From: Eledone cirrhosa
Taxonomy: Eukaryota
Assembly (NCBI GenBank): GCA_964016885.1
Contig: OZ024754.1
Span: forward strand, 20,584,001 to 20,648,000
Length of the DNA: 64,000 nucleotides
Direction of reading: 5' to 3'
The stretch's first letter is position 1, and each line of letters begins with the position of its first letter. A program made the position numbers and the translations under genes. The notes beneath the pieces are model-generated. The model had not been told where the DNA came from. It saw only the letters and a list, made by a program, of their open reading frames with translations, and did not search any database. This document shows positions 1 through 15,500 of this stretch, one piece after another.

Positions 1-2749
1 GGACTCCCTCCCATATTACGCTTGGTATTAACATCGGGACTCCCTCTCATATTACCCTTGGTATTAACATAGACTCCCTCCCATTGTAGCATTGGTATTA
101 ACATAGGGACTCCCTCCCATATTACCCTTGGTATTAACATAGACTCCCTCCCATATTACCCTTGGTATTAACATAGAGACTCCCTACCATATTACCATTG
201 GTATTAACATCAGGACTCCCTCCCATATTACCCTTGGTATTAACATAGACTCCCTCCCATTTTAGCATTGGTATTAACATAGGGACTCCCTTCCATATTA
301 CCCTTGGTATTAACATAGACTCCCTCCCATATTACCCTTGGTATTAACATAGACTCCCTCCCATGTTAGCCTTGGTATTAACATAGACTCCCTCCCATAT
401 TAGCCTTGGTATTAACATAGACTCCCTCCCATATTAGCGTTGGTATTAACATAGACTTCCTCCGATATTACCCTTGGTATTAACATAGGGACTCCCTCCC
501 ATATTAGCCTTGGTATTAACATAGAGACACCCTCCCAATATTACCCTTGTTATTAACATAGACTCCCTCCCATATTACCCTTGGTATTAACATAGGGTCT
601 CCCTCCCATATTACCCTGGGTATTAACATAGGGACTCCCTCCCATATTACCCTTGGTATTAACATAGGGACTCCCTCCCATATTAGACATGGTATTAACA
701 TAGACTCCCTCCCATATTACCCTTGGTATTAACATAGACTCCCTCCCATATTAGACTTGGTATTAACATAGGGAATCCCTGCCATATTAGACTTGGTATT
801 AACATAGACTCCCTCCCATATTACCCTTTGTATTAACATAGACTCCCTCCCATATTACCCTTGGTATTAACATAGACTCCTCCCATATTACCCTTGGTAT
901 TAACATAGACTCCCTCCCATATTAGCCTTGGTATTAACATAGAGACTCCCCCCATATAACCCTTGGTATTAACATTGAGATTCCCTCGAATATAACCCTT
1001 GGTATTAACATAGGGACTCCCTCCTATACTACCCTTAGTATTAACATAGACTCCCTTCCATATTACCCTTGGTATTAACATAGGGACTCCCTCACATATT
1101 ACCCTTGGTATTAACATAGAGACGCCCTCCCACATTACCATTGGTATTAACATAGACTCCTCCCATATTACCCTTGGGATTAACATAGACTCCCTCCCAT
1201 ATTACCCATGGTATTAATATAGAGACTCCGCCCCGCATATTACCCTTTGTATTAACATAGACTCCCTCCCATATTACCCTTGGTATTAACTTAGGGACTC
1301 CCTCCCATATTACCCTTGGTGTTAACATAGACTCCCTCACATATTACCCTTGGTATTAACAAAGACTCCCTCACATATTACCCTTGGTGTTAACATAGAC
1401 TCCCTCCCATATTACCGTTGGTATTAACATAGGGACTCCCTCCCATATTAGCCTTGGTATTAACATAGACTCCCTCCCATATTACCCTTGATATTAACAT
1501 AGACTCCCTCCCATATTAGCCTTGGTACTAACATAGACTCCCTCCCATGTTAACCTTGGTACTAACATAGACTCCCTCCCATATTAGCCTTGGTATTAAC
1601 ATAGGGACTTCCTCCCATATTACCCTTGGTATTAACATAGACCCCCCCCCATATTACCCTTGGTATTAACATAGACTCCCTCCCATATTACCCTTGGTAT
1701 TAACATAGACTCCCTCACATATTACCCTTGGTGTTAACATAGACTCCCTCCCATATTACCGTTGGTATTAACATAGGGACTCCCTCCCATATTAGCCTTG
1801 GTATTAACATACGGACTCCCTCACATATTAGCCTTGGTATTAACATAGACTCCCTCCCAAATTAGCCTTGGTATTTACAGAGACTCCCTCCCATATTACC
1901 CTTGGTATTAACATAGACTCCCTCCCATATTAGCCTTGGTATTAACATAGACTCCCTCCCATATTGCCCTTGGCATTAATATAGACTCCCTCCCATATTA
2001 CCCTTGGTATTAACATAGACTCCCTCCCATATTTCCCTTGGTATTAACATAGGGACTCCCCCCTATATTACCCTTCGTATTAACATAGGGACTCCCTCCC
2101 ATATTAGACATGGTATTAACATAGACTCCCTTCCATATTACCCTTGGTATTAACATAGACTCCCTCCCATATTAGACTTGGTATCAACATAGGGACTCCC
2201 TCCCATATTAGACTTGGTATTAACATAGGGACTCCCTCACATATTACCATTGGTATTAACATAGGGACTCCCTCCCATATTAGACTTGGTATTAACATAG
2301 ACTCCCTCCCATATTAGACTTGGTATTAACATAGACTACCTCCCATATTAGACTTGGTATTAACATAGACTGCCTCCCATATTACCCGTGGTATTAACAT
2401 AGAGACTCCCTACCATATTACCCTCTGTATTAACATTGGGACTCTCTCCAATATTACCCTTGGTATTAACATAGGGACTCCCTCCCATATTAGACATGGT
2501 ATTAACATAGACTCCCTGCCATATTACCCTTGGTATTAACATAGACTCCCTCCCATATTAGACTTGGTATTAACATAGGGACTCCCACCCATATTAGACT
2601 TGGTATTAACATAGACGCCCTGCCATATTACCCTTTGTATTAACATAGACTACCTCCCATATTAGACATGGTATTAACTTAGACTCCCTGCCATATTACC
2701 CTTGGTATTAACATAGACTCCCTCCCATATTAGACTTGGTATTAACATA

Positions 2750-5700
2750 AGGACTCCCTCCCGTATTACCCTGGGTATTCACATAGACTCCCTCCCATAT
2801 TACCCTTGGTATTAACATAGAAACTCCCTACCATATTACCCTTGGTATTAACATGGGGACTCCCTCCCATATTACCCTTGGTATTAACATAGACTCCCTC
2901 CCATTTTAGCATTGGTATTAACATAGGGACTCCCTCCCATATTACCATTGGTATTAACATAGACTCCCTCCCATGTTAGCCTTGGTATTAACATAGACTC
3001 CCTCCCATATTGCCCTTGGCATTAATATAGACTCCCTCCCATATTACCCTTGGTATTAACATAGACTCCCCCCCCCCATATTTCCCTTGGTATTAACATA
3101 GGTACTCCCTCCTAAATTACCCTTCGTATTAACATAGGGACTCCCTCCCATATTAGACATGGTATTAACATAGATTCCCTTCCATATTACCCTTGGTATT
3201 AACATAGACTCCCTCCCATATTAGACTTGGTATTAACATAGGGACTCCCTCCCATATTAGACTTGGTATTAACATAGGGACTCCCTCACATATTACCATT
3301 GGTATTAACATAGGGACTCCCTCCCATATTAGACTTGGTATTAACATAGACTCCCTCCCATATTAGACTTGGTATTAACATAGACTGCCTCCCATATTAG
3401 ACTTGGTATTAACATAGACTGCCTCCCATATTAGCCTTGGTATTAACATAGACTCCCTCCCATATTACCCTTGGTATTAACATAGACTCCCTCCCATATT
3501 ACCCTTGGTATTAACATAGGGACTCCCTCCCATATTACCCTTGGTATTAACATAGACTCCCTCCCATATTACCCTTGGTATTAACATAGACTCCCTCCCA
3601 TGTTAGCCTTGGTATTAACATAGACTCCCTCCCATATTAGCCTTGGTATTAACATAGACTCCCTCCCATATTAGCCTTGATATTAACATAAACTCCCTCC
3701 CATATTAGCCTGGGTATTAACATAGACTCCCTCCCATATTAACCTTGGTATTAACATAGGGACACCCTCCCATATTACCCTTGGTATTAACATAGACTCC
3801 CTCCCATATTACCCTTAGTATTAACATAGGGACTCCCTCCCGTATTAGCCTGGGTATTAACATAGACTCCCTCCCATATTAGCCTTGGTATTAACATAGA
3901 CTCCCTCCCATATTAGCCTGGGTATTAACATAGACTCCCTCCCATATTAACCTTGGTATTAACATAGGGACTCCCTCCCATATTACCATTGGTATTAACA
4001 TAGACTCCCTCCCATATTACCCTTGGTATTAACATAGGGACTCCCTCCCGTATTAGCCTGGGTATTAACATAGACTCCCTCCCATATTAGACTTGGTATT
4101 AACATAGACTCCCTCCCATATTAGCCTTGGTATTAACATAGTCTCCCTCCCATATTACCCGTGGTATTAACATAGAGACTCCCTACCATATTACCCTCTG
4201 TATTAACATTGGGACTCTCTCCAATATTACCCTTGGTATTAACATAGGGACTCCCTCCCATATTAGACATGGTATTAACATAGACTCCCTGCCATATTAC
4301 CCTTGGTATTAACATAGACTCCCTCCCATATTAGACTTGGTATTAACATAGGGACTCCCACCCATATTAGACTTGGTATTAACATAGACGCCCTGCCATA
4401 TTACCCTTTGTATTAACATAGACTACCTCCCATATTGCCCTTGGTATTAACATAGACTCCTCCCATATTACCCTTGGTATTAACATAGAGACTCCCTCCC
4501 ATATTACCCTTGGTATTAACATAGGGACTCCCTCCTATATTACCCTTAGTATTAACATAGACTCCCTTCCATATTACCCTTGGTATTAATATAGGGACTC
4601 CCTCCCATATTACCCTTGGAATTAACATAGAGACGCCCTCCCATATTATCATTGGTATTAACATAGACTCCTCCCATATTACCCTTGGTATTAACATAGA
4701 CTCCCTCCCATATTACCCTTGGTATTAACATAGACTCCCTCCTATATTACCCTCGGTATTAACATAAGGACTCCCTCCCATATTACCCTGGGTATTCACA
4801 TAGACTCCCTCCCATATTAGCCTGGGTATTAACATAGAAACTCCCTACCATATTACCCTTGGTATTAACATGGGGACTCCCTCCCATATTACCCTTGGTA
4901 TTAACATAGACTCCCTCCCATTTTAGCATTGGTATTAATATAGGGACTCCCTCCCATATTACCATTGGTATTAACATAGACTCCCTCCCATGTTAGCCTT
5001 GGTATTAACATAGACTCCCTCCCATATTGCCCTTGGCATTAATATAGACTCCCTCCCATATTACCCTTGGTATTAACATAGACTCCCCCCCCATATTTCC
5101 CTTGGTATTAACATAGGTACTCCCTCCTAAATTACCCTTCGTATTAACATAGGGACTCCCTCCCATATTAGACATGGTATTAACATAGATTCCCTTCCAT
5201 ATTACCCTTGGTATTAACATAGATTCCATCCCATATTAGACTTGGTATTAACATAGGGACTCCCTCCCATATTAGACTTGGTATTAACATAGGGACTCCC
5301 TCACATATTACCATTGGTATTAACATAGGGACTCCCTCCCATATTAGACTTGGTATTAACATAGACTCCCTCCCATATTAGACTTGGTATTAACATAGAC
5401 TGCCTCCCATATTAGACTTGGTATTAACATAGACTGCCTCCCATATTAGCCTTGGTATTAACATAGACTCCCTCCCATATTACCCTTGGTATTAACATAG
5501 ACTCCCTCCCATATTACCCTTGGTATTAACATAGGGACTCCCTCCCATATTACCCTTGGTATTAACATAGACTCCCTCCCATATTACCCTTGGTATTAAC
5601 ATAGACTCCCTCCCATGTTAGCCTTGGTATTAACATAGACTCCCTCCCATATTAGCCTTGGTATTAACATAGACTCCCTCCCATATTAGCCTTGATATTA

Positions 5701-8700
5701 ACATAGACTCCCTCCCATATTAGCCTGGGTATTAACATAGACTCCCTCCCATATTAACCTTGGTATTAACATAGGGACACCCTCCCATATTACCCTTGGT
5801 ATTAACATAGACTCCCTCCCATATTACCCTTAGTATTAACATAGGGACTCCCTCCCGTATTAGCCTGGGTATTAACATAGACTCCCTCCCATATTAGACT
5901 TAGTATTAACTTAGACTCCCTCCCATATTAGCCTTGGTATTAACATAGACTCCCTCCCATATTAGCCTGGGTATTAACATAGACTCCCTCCCATATTAAC
6001 CTTGGTATTAACATAGGGACTCCCTCCCATATTACCATTGGTATTAACATAGACTCCCTCCCATATTACCCTTGGTATTAACATAGGGACACCCTCCCGT
6101 ATTAGCCTGGGTATTAACATAGACTCCCTCCCATATTAGACTTGGTATTAACATAGACTCCCTCCCATATTAGCCTTGGTATTAACATAGTCTCCCTCCC
6201 ATATTACCCTTGGTATTAACATAGAGACTCCCTACCATATTACCCTTGGTATTAACATTGGGACTCCCTCCAATATTACCCTTGGTATTAACATAGGGAC
6301 TCCCTCCCATATTAGACATGGTATTAACATAGACTCCCTGCCATATTACCCTTGGTATTAACATAGACTCCCTCCCATATTAGACTTGGTATTAACATAG
6401 GGACTCCCACCCATATTAGACTTGGTATTAACATAGACGCCCTGCCATATTACCCTTTGTATTAACATAGACTACCTCCCATATTGCCCTTGGTATTAAC
6501 ATAGACTCCTCCCATATTACCCTTGGTATTAACATAGAGACTCCCTCCCATATTACCCTTGGTATTAACATAGGGACTCCCTCCTATATTACCCTTAGAA
6601 TTAACATAGACTCCCTTCCATATTACCCTTGGTATTAATATAGGGACTCCCTCCCATATTACCCTTGGAATTAACATAGAGACGCCCTCCCATATTATCA
6701 TTGGTATTAACATAGACTCCTCCCATATTACCCTTGGTATTAACATAGACTCCCTCCCATATTACCCTTGGTATTAACATAGACTCCCTCCTATATTACC
6801 CTCGGTATTAACATAAGGACTCCCTCCCATATTACCCTGGGTATTCACATAGACTCCCTCCCATATTAGCCTTGGTATTAACATAGAAACTCCCTACCAT
6901 ATTACCCTTGGTATTAACATGGGGACTCCCTCCCATATTACCCTTGGTATTAACATAGACTCCCTCCCATTTTAGCATTGGTATTAATATAGGGACTCCC
7001 TCCCATATTACCATTGGTATTAACATAGACTCCCTCCCATGTTAGCCTTGGTATTAACATAGACTCCCTCCCATATTGCCCTTGGCATTAATATAGACTC
7101 CCTCCCATATTACCCTTGGTATTAACATAGACTCCCCCCCCATATTTCCCTTGGTATTAACATAGGTACTCCCTCCTAAATTACCCTTCGTATTAACATA
7201 GGGACTCCCTCCCATATTAGACATGGTATTAACATAGATTCCCTTCCATATTACCCTTGGTATTAACATAGACTCCCTCCCATATTAGACTTGGTATTAA
7301 CATAGGGACTCCCTCCCATATTAGACTTGGTATTAACATAGGGACTCCCTCACATATTACCATTGGTATTAACATAGGGACTCCCTCCCATATTAGACTT
7401 GGTATTAACATAGACTCCCTCCCATATTAGACTTGGTATTAACATAGACTGCCTCCCATATTAGACTTGGTATTAACATAGACTGCCTCCCATATTAGCC
7501 TTGGTATTAACATAGACTCCCTCCCATATTACCCTTGGTATTAACATAGACTCCCTCCCATATTACCCTTGGTATTAACATAGGGACTCCCTCCCATATT
7601 ACCCTTGGTATTAACATAGACTCCCTCCCATATTACCCTTGGTATTAACATAGACTCCCTCCCATGTTAGCCTTGGTATTAACATAGACTCCCTCCCATA
7701 TTAGCCTTGGTATTAACATAGACTCCCTCCCATATTAGCCTTGATATTAACATAGACTCCCTCCCATATTAGCCTGGGTATTAACATAGACTCCCTCCCA
7801 TATTAACCTTGGTATTAACATAGGGACACCCTCCCATATTACCCTTGGTATTAACATAGACTCCCTCCCATATTACCCTTAGTATTAACATAGGGACTCC
7901 CTCCCGTATTAGCCTGGGTATTAACATAGACTCCCTCCCATATTAGCCTTGGTATTAACATAGACTCCCTCCCATATTAGCCTGGGTATTAACATAGACT
8001 CCCTCCCATATTAACCTTGGTATTAACATAGGGACTCCCTCCCATATTACCATTGGTATTAACATAGACTCCCTCCCATATTACCCTTGGTATTAACATA
8101 GGGACTCCCTCCCGTATTAGCCTGGGTATTAACATAGACTCCCTCCCATATTAGACTTGGTATTAACATAGACTCCCTCCCATATTAGCCTTGGTATTAA
8201 CATAGTCTCCCTCCCATATTACCCTTGGTATTAACATAGAGACTCCCTACCATATTAGACATGGTATTAACATAGACTCCCTGCCATATTACCCTTGGTA
8301 TTAACATAGACTCCCTCCCATATTAGACTTGGTATTAACATAGGGACTCCCACCCATATTAGACTTGGTATTAACATAGACGCCCTGCCATATTACCCTT
8401 TGTATTAACATAGACTACCTCCCATATTGCCCTTGGTATTAACATAGACTCCTCCCATATTACCCTTGGTATTAATATAGGGACTCCCTCCCATATTACC
8501 CTTGGAATTAACATAGAGACGCCCTCCCATATTATCATTGGTATTAACATAGACTCCTCCCATATTACCCTTGGTATTAACATAGACTCCCTCCCATATT
8601 ACCCTTGGTATTAACATAGACTCCCTCCTATATTACCCTCGGTATTAACATAAGGACTCCCTCCCATATTACCCTGGGTATTCACATAGACTCCCTACCA

Positions 8701-9300
8701 TATTACCCTTGGTATTAACATGGGGACTCCCTCCCATATTACCCTTGGTATTAACATAGACTCCCTCCCATTTTAGCATTGGTATTAACATAGGGACTCC
8801 CTCCCATATTACCATTGGTATTAACATAGACTCCCTCCCATGTTAGCCTTGGTATTAACATAGACTCCCTCCCATATTGCCCTTGGCATTAATATAGACT
8901 CCCTCCCATATTACCCTTGGTATTAACATAGACTCCCCCCCCATATTTCCCTTGGTATTAACATAGGTACTCCCTCCTAACTTACCCTTCGTATTAACAT
9001 AGGGACTCCCTCCCATATTAGACATGGTATTAACATAGATTCCCTTCCATATTACCCTTGGTATTAACATAGACTCCCTCCCATATTAGACTTGGTATTA
9101 ACATAGGGACTCCCTCCCATATTAGACTTGGTATTAACATAGGGACTCCCTCACATATTACCATTGGTATTAACATAGGGACTCCCTCCCATATTAGACT
9201 TGGTATTAACATAGACTCCCTCCCATATTAGATTTGGTATTAACATAGTCTGCCTCCCATATTAGACTTGGTATTAACATAGACTGCCTCCCATATTAGC
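2750..9300. repeat. Higher-order repeat, about 2.0 kb unit, about 3 tandem copies (offsets 2015-2017 and 2049, then a deleted copy of about 1.8 kb)
   Basis: Near-identical translated ORF signatures are offset by exactly 2049 bp (4133/6182, 4413/6462, 4783/6832, 5005/7054, 5180/7229), by 2015-2017 bp (3165/5180, 2766/4783) and by 1801 bp (7229/9030, 7054/8855). Confidence 0.9.
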
Positions 9301-12300
9301 CTTGGTACTAATATAGACTGCCTCCCATATTAGCCTTGGTATTAACATAGACTCCCTCCCATATTACCCTTGGCATTAACATAGACTCCCTCCCATATTA
9401 CGCTTGGTATTAAGATAGGCACTCCCTCCCATATTACCCTTGGTATTAACATAGGGACTCCTTCACATATTAGCCTTGGTATTAACATAGACTCCCTCCC
9501 ATATTACTCTTGGTATTAACATAGACTCCCTCCCAAATTACCCTTGGTATTAACATAGACTCCCTCCCATGTTAGCCTTGGTATTAACATAGAGTCCCTC
9601 CCATATTAGCCTTGGTATTAACATAGACTCCCTGCCATATTACCCTTGGTATTAACATAGACTCCCTCCCATATTACCCTTGGTATTAACATAGGGACTC
9701 CCTCCCATATTACCCTTGGTATTAACATCGGGACTCCCTCTCATATTACCCTTGGTATTAACATAGACTCCCTCCCATTTTAGCATTGCTATTAACATAG
9801 GGACTCCCTCCCATATTACCCTTGGTATGAACATAGTCTCCCTCCCATATTAGCCTTGGTATTAACATAGACTCCCTCCCATATTAGCCTGGATATTAAC
9901 ATAGACTCCCTCCCATATAAACCTTGGTATTAACATAGGGACTCCCTCCCATATTACCCTTGGTATTAACATAGACTCCCTCCCATATTACCCTTGGTAT
10001 TAACATAGAGACTCCCTACCATATTACCTTTGGTATTAACATAGGGACTCCTCCCATATTAGCCTTGGTATTAACATAGGGACTCCCTCCCATATTAGAC
10101 ATGGTATCAACATAGACTCCCTCCCATATTACCCTTGGTATTAACATAGACTCCATCCCATATTACCCTTGGTATTAACATAGACTCCCTCACATATTAC
10201 CCTTGGTGTTAACATAGACTCCCTCCCATATTACCGTTGGTATTAACATAGGGACTCCCTCCCATATTAGCCTTGGTATTAACATACGGACTCCCTCCCA
10301 TATTAGCCTTGGTATTAACATAGACTCCCTCCCAAATTAGCCTTGGTATTTACAGAGACTCCCTCCCATATTACCCTTGGTATTAACATAGACTCCCTCC
10401 CATATTAGCCTTGGTATTAACATAGACTCCCGCCCATATTGCCCTTAGCAATAATATAGACTCCCTCCCATATTACCCTTGGTATTAACATAGACTCCCT
10501 CCCATATTTCCCTTGGTATTAACATAGGGACTCCCCCCTATATTACCCTTCGTATTAACATAGGGACTCCCTCCCATATTAGACATGCTATTAACATAGA
10601 CTCCCTTCCATATTACCCTTGGTATTAACATAGACTCCCTCCCATATTAGACTTGGTATTAACATAGGGACTCCCTCCCATATTAGACTTGGTATTAACA
10701 TAGGGACTCCCTCACATATTACCATTGGTATTAACATAGGGACTCCCTCCCATATTAGACTTGGTATTAACATAGACTCCCTCCCATATTAGACTTGGTA
10801 TTAACATAGACTGCCTCCCATATTAGCCTTGGTATTAACATAGACTCCCTCCCATATTACCCTTGATATTAAATTAGACTCCCTCCCTTATTACCCTTGG
10901 TATTAACATAGGGACTTCCTCCCATATTACCCTTGGTATTAACATAGACTCCCTCCCATATTACCCTTGGTATTAACTTAGACTCCCTCCCAAGTTAGCC
11001 TTGGTATTAACATAGACTCCCTCCCATATTAGCCTTGGTATTAACATAGACTCCCTCCCATATTAGCCTTGATATTAACATAGACTCCCTCCCATGTTAG
11101 CCTGGGTATTAACATAGACTCGCTCCCATATTAACCTTGGTATTAACATAGGGACTCCCTCCCATATTACCCTTGGTATTAACATAAACTCTTTCCCATA
11201 TTACCCTTAGTATTAACATAGGGACTCCCTCCCGTATTAGCCTGGGTATTAACATAGACTCCCTCCCATATTAGACTTGGTATTAACATAGACTCCCTCC
11301 CATATTAGCCTTGGTATTAACATAGACTCCCTCCCATATTAGACTTGGTATTAACATAGACTCCCTCCCATATTAACCTTGGTATTAACATAGGGACTCC
11401 CTCCCATATTACCATTGGTATTAACATAGACTCCCTCCCATATTACTCTTGGTATTAACATAGGGACTCCCTCCCGTATTAGCCTGGGTATAAACATAGA
11501 CTCCCTCCCATATTAGACTTGGTATTAACATAGACTCCCTCCCATATTAGCCTTGGTATTAACATAGTCTCCCTCCCATATTACCCTTGGTATTAACATA
11601 GAGACTCCCTACCATATTACCATTGGTATTAACATTGGGACTCCCTCCCATATTACCCTTGGTATTAACATAGGGACTCCTTCCCATATTAGACATGGTA
11701 TTAACATAGACTCCCTGCCATATTACCCTTGGTATTAACAGAGACTCCCTCCCATATTAGACTTGGTATTAACATAGGGACTCCCACCCATATTAGACTT
11801 GGTATTAACATAGACGCCCTGCCATATTACCCTTTGTATTAACATAGACTACCTGCCATATTGCCCTTGGTATTAACATAGACTCCCTCCCATATTACCC
11901 TTGGTATTAACATAGAGACTCCCTCCCATATTACCTTTGGTATTAACATAGGGACTCCCTCCTATATTACCCTTAGTATTAACATAGACTCCCTTCCATA
12001 TTACCCTTGGTATTAATATAGGGACTCCCTCCCATATTACCCTTGGAATTAACATAGATACGCCCTCACATATTATCATTGGTATTAACATAGACTCCTC
12101 CCATATTACCCTTGGTATTAACATAGACTCCCTCCCATATTACCCTTGGTATTAACATAGACTCCCTCCTATATTACCCTCAGTATTAACATAAGGACTC
12201 CCTCCCATATTACTCTGGGTATTCACATAGACTCCCTCCCATATTACCCTTGGTATTAACATAGAAACTCCCTACCATATTACCCTTGGTATTAACATCG

Positions 12301-15300
12301 GGACTCCCTCCCATATTACCCTTGGTATTAACATAGACTTCCTCCCATTTTAGCATTGGTATTAACATAGGGACTCCCTCCCATATTACCATTGGTATTA
12401 ACATAGACTCCCTCCCATGTTAGCCTTGGTATTAACATAGACTCCCTCCCATATTGCCCTTGGCATTAATATAGACTCCCTCCCATATTACCCTTGGTAT
12501 TAACATAGACTCCCCCCCATATTTCCCTTGGTATTAACATAGGTACTCACTCCTAAATTACCCTTCGTATTAACATAGGGACTCCCTCCCATATTAGACA
12601 TGGTATTAACATAGATTCCCTTCCATATTACCCTTGGTATTAACATAGACTCCCTCCCATATTAGACTTGGTATTAACATAGGGACTCCCTCCCATATTA
12701 GACTTGGTATTAACATAGGGACTCCCTCACATATTACCATTGGTATTAACATAGGGACTCCCTCCGATATTAGACTTGGTATTAACATAGACTCCCTCCC
12801 ATATTAGATTTGGTATTAACATAGTCTGCCTCCCATATTAGACTTGGTATTAACATAGACAGCCTCCCATATTAGCCTTGGTACTAACATAGACTGCCTC
12901 CCATATTAGCCTTGGTATTAACATAGACTCCCTCCCATATTACGCTTGGTACTAACATAGACTCCCTCCCATATTACCCTTGGTATTAAGATAGGCACTC
13001 CCTCCCATATTACCCTTCGCATTAACATAGGGACTCCCTCACATATTAGCCTTGGTATTAACATAGACTCCCTCCCATATTACTCTTGGTATTAACATAG
13101 ACTCCCTCCCAAATTACCCTTGGTATTAACATAGACTCCCTCCCATGTTAGCCTTGGTATTAACATAGACTCCCTCCCATATTACCCTTGGTATTAACAT
13201 AGGGACTCCCTCCCATATTACCCTTGGTATTAACATCGGGACTCCCTCTCATATTACCCTTGGTATTAACATAGACTCCCTCCCATTTTAGCATTGTTAT
13301 TAACATAGGGACTCCCTCCCATATTACCCTTGGTATTAACATAGTCTCCCTCCCATATTAGCCTTGGTATTAACATAGTCTCCCTCCCATATTAGCCTTG
13401 GTATTAACATAGACTCCCTCCCACATTAGCCTGGGTATTAACATAGACTCCCTCCCATATAAACCTTGGTATTAACATAGGGACTCCCTCCCATATTACT
13501 CTTGGTATTAACATAGATTCCCTCCCATATTACCCTTGGTATTAACATAGAGACTCCCTACCATATTACCCTTGGTATTAACATAGGGACTCCTCCCATA
13601 TTAGCCTTGGTATTAACATAGGGACTCCCTCCCATATTAGACATGGTATTAACATAGACTCCCTACCATATTACCCTTGGTATTAACATAGACTCCCTCA
13701 CATATTACCCTTGGTGTTAACATAGACTCCCTCCCATATTACCGTTGGTATTAACATAGGGACTCCCTCCCATATTAGCCTTGGTATTAACATAGACTCC
13801 CTCCCAAATTAGCCTTGGTATTTACAGAGACTCCCTCCCATATTACCCTTGGTATTAACATAGACTCCCTCCCATATTAGCCTTGGTATTAACATAGACT
13901 CCCTCCCATATTGCCCTTGGCAATAATATAGACTCCCTCCCATATTACCCTTGGTATTAACATAGACTCCCTCCCATATTTCCCTTGGTATTAACATAGG
14001 GACTCCCCCCTATATTACCCTTCGTATTAACATAGGGACTCCCTCCCATATTAGACATGGTATTAACATAGACTCCCTTCCATATTACCCTTGGTATTAA
14101 CATAGACTCCCTCCCATATTAGACTTGGTATTAACATAGGGACTCCCTCCCATATTAGACTTGGTATTAACATAGGGACTCCCTCACATATTACCATTGG
14201 TATTAACATAGGGACTCCCTCCCATATTAGACTTGGTATTAACATAGACTCCCTCCCATATTAGACTTGGTATTAACATAGACTGCCTCCCATATTAGCC
14301 TTGGTATTAACATAGACTCCCTCCCATATTATCCTTGATATTAAATTAGACTCCCTCCCATATTACCCTTGGTATTAACATAGGGACTCCCTCCCATATT
14401 ACCCTTGGTATTAACATAGACTCCCTCCCATATTACCCTTGGTATTAACATAGACTCCCTCCCATATTAGCCTTGATATTAACACAGACTCCCTCCCATG
14501 TTAGCCTGGGTATTAACATAGACTCCCTCCCATATTAACCTTGGTATTAACATAGGGACTCCCTCCCATATTACCCTTGGTATTAACATAAACTCCCTCC
14601 CATATTACCCTTAGTATTAACATAGGGACCCCCTCCCGTATTAGCCTGGGTATTAACATAGACTCCCTCCCATATTAGACTTGGTATTAACATAGACTCC
14701 CTCCCATATTAGCCTTGGTATTAACATAGACTCCCTCCCATATTAGCCTGGGTATTAACATAGACTCCCTCCCATATTAACCTTGGTATTAACATAGGGA
14801 CTCCCTCCCATATTACCATTGGTATTAACATAGACTCCCTCCCATATTACCCTTGGTATTAACATAGGGACTCCCTCCTGTATTAGCCTGGGTATTAACA
14901 TAGACTCCCTCCCATATTAGCCTTGGTATTAACATAGTCTCCCTCCCATATTACCCTTGGTATTAACATAGAGACTCCCTACCATATTACCCTTGGTATT
15001 AACATAGGGAATCCCTCCCATATTACCCTTGGTATTAACATAGGGACTTCCTCCCATATTAGACATGGTATTAACATAGACTCCCTCCCATATTACCCTT
15101 GGTATTAACATAGACTCCCTCCCATATTAGACTTGGTATTAACATAGGGACTCCCACACTTATTAGACTTGGTATTAACATAGACGCCCTGCCATATTAC
15201 CCTTTGTATTAACATAGACTCCCTCCCATATTAGACATGGTATTAACATAGACTACCTCCTATATTACCCTTAGTATTAACATAGACTCCCTTCCATATT

Positions 15301-15500
15301 ACCCTTGGTATTAACATAGGGACTCCCTCCCATATTACCCTTGGAATTAACATAGAGACGTCCTCCCATATTATCATTGGTATTAACATAGACTCCCTCC
15401 CATATTACCCTTGGTATTAACATAGACTCCCTCCCATATTACCTTCGGTTTTAACATAAGGACTCCCTCCCATATTACCCTGGGTATTCACAAAGACTCC
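8650..15500. repeat. Higher-order duplication, about 3.5 kb unit, 2 more diverged copies
   Basis: ORF signature offsets are 9030/12606 (3576), 9652/13160 (3508) and 10591/14063 (3472), differing by whole monomers. Shared rare variants include TAAGATAGGCACT (about 9411 and 12987) and TTGATATTAAATTAGA (about 10863 and 14335). Confidence 0.8.

Larger units (their letters stand above)
1..15500. repeat. Array sub-domain A (variant set: AGACATGG, runs of AGACTTGG, AGCCTGGG, TTTTAGCATTGG, CCCTGGGTATTCAC, ACCGTTGG, TTGCCCTTGGCATTAAT)
   Basis: These variants recur through 1-15.5 kb (e.g. TAAGGACT...GGGTATTCAC near 2750, 4765, 6815, 8650, 12190, 15460). They are nearly absent afterwards, with isolated exceptions such as AGACATGG near 19417 and AGCCTGGG near 53587. 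Confidence 0.85.
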
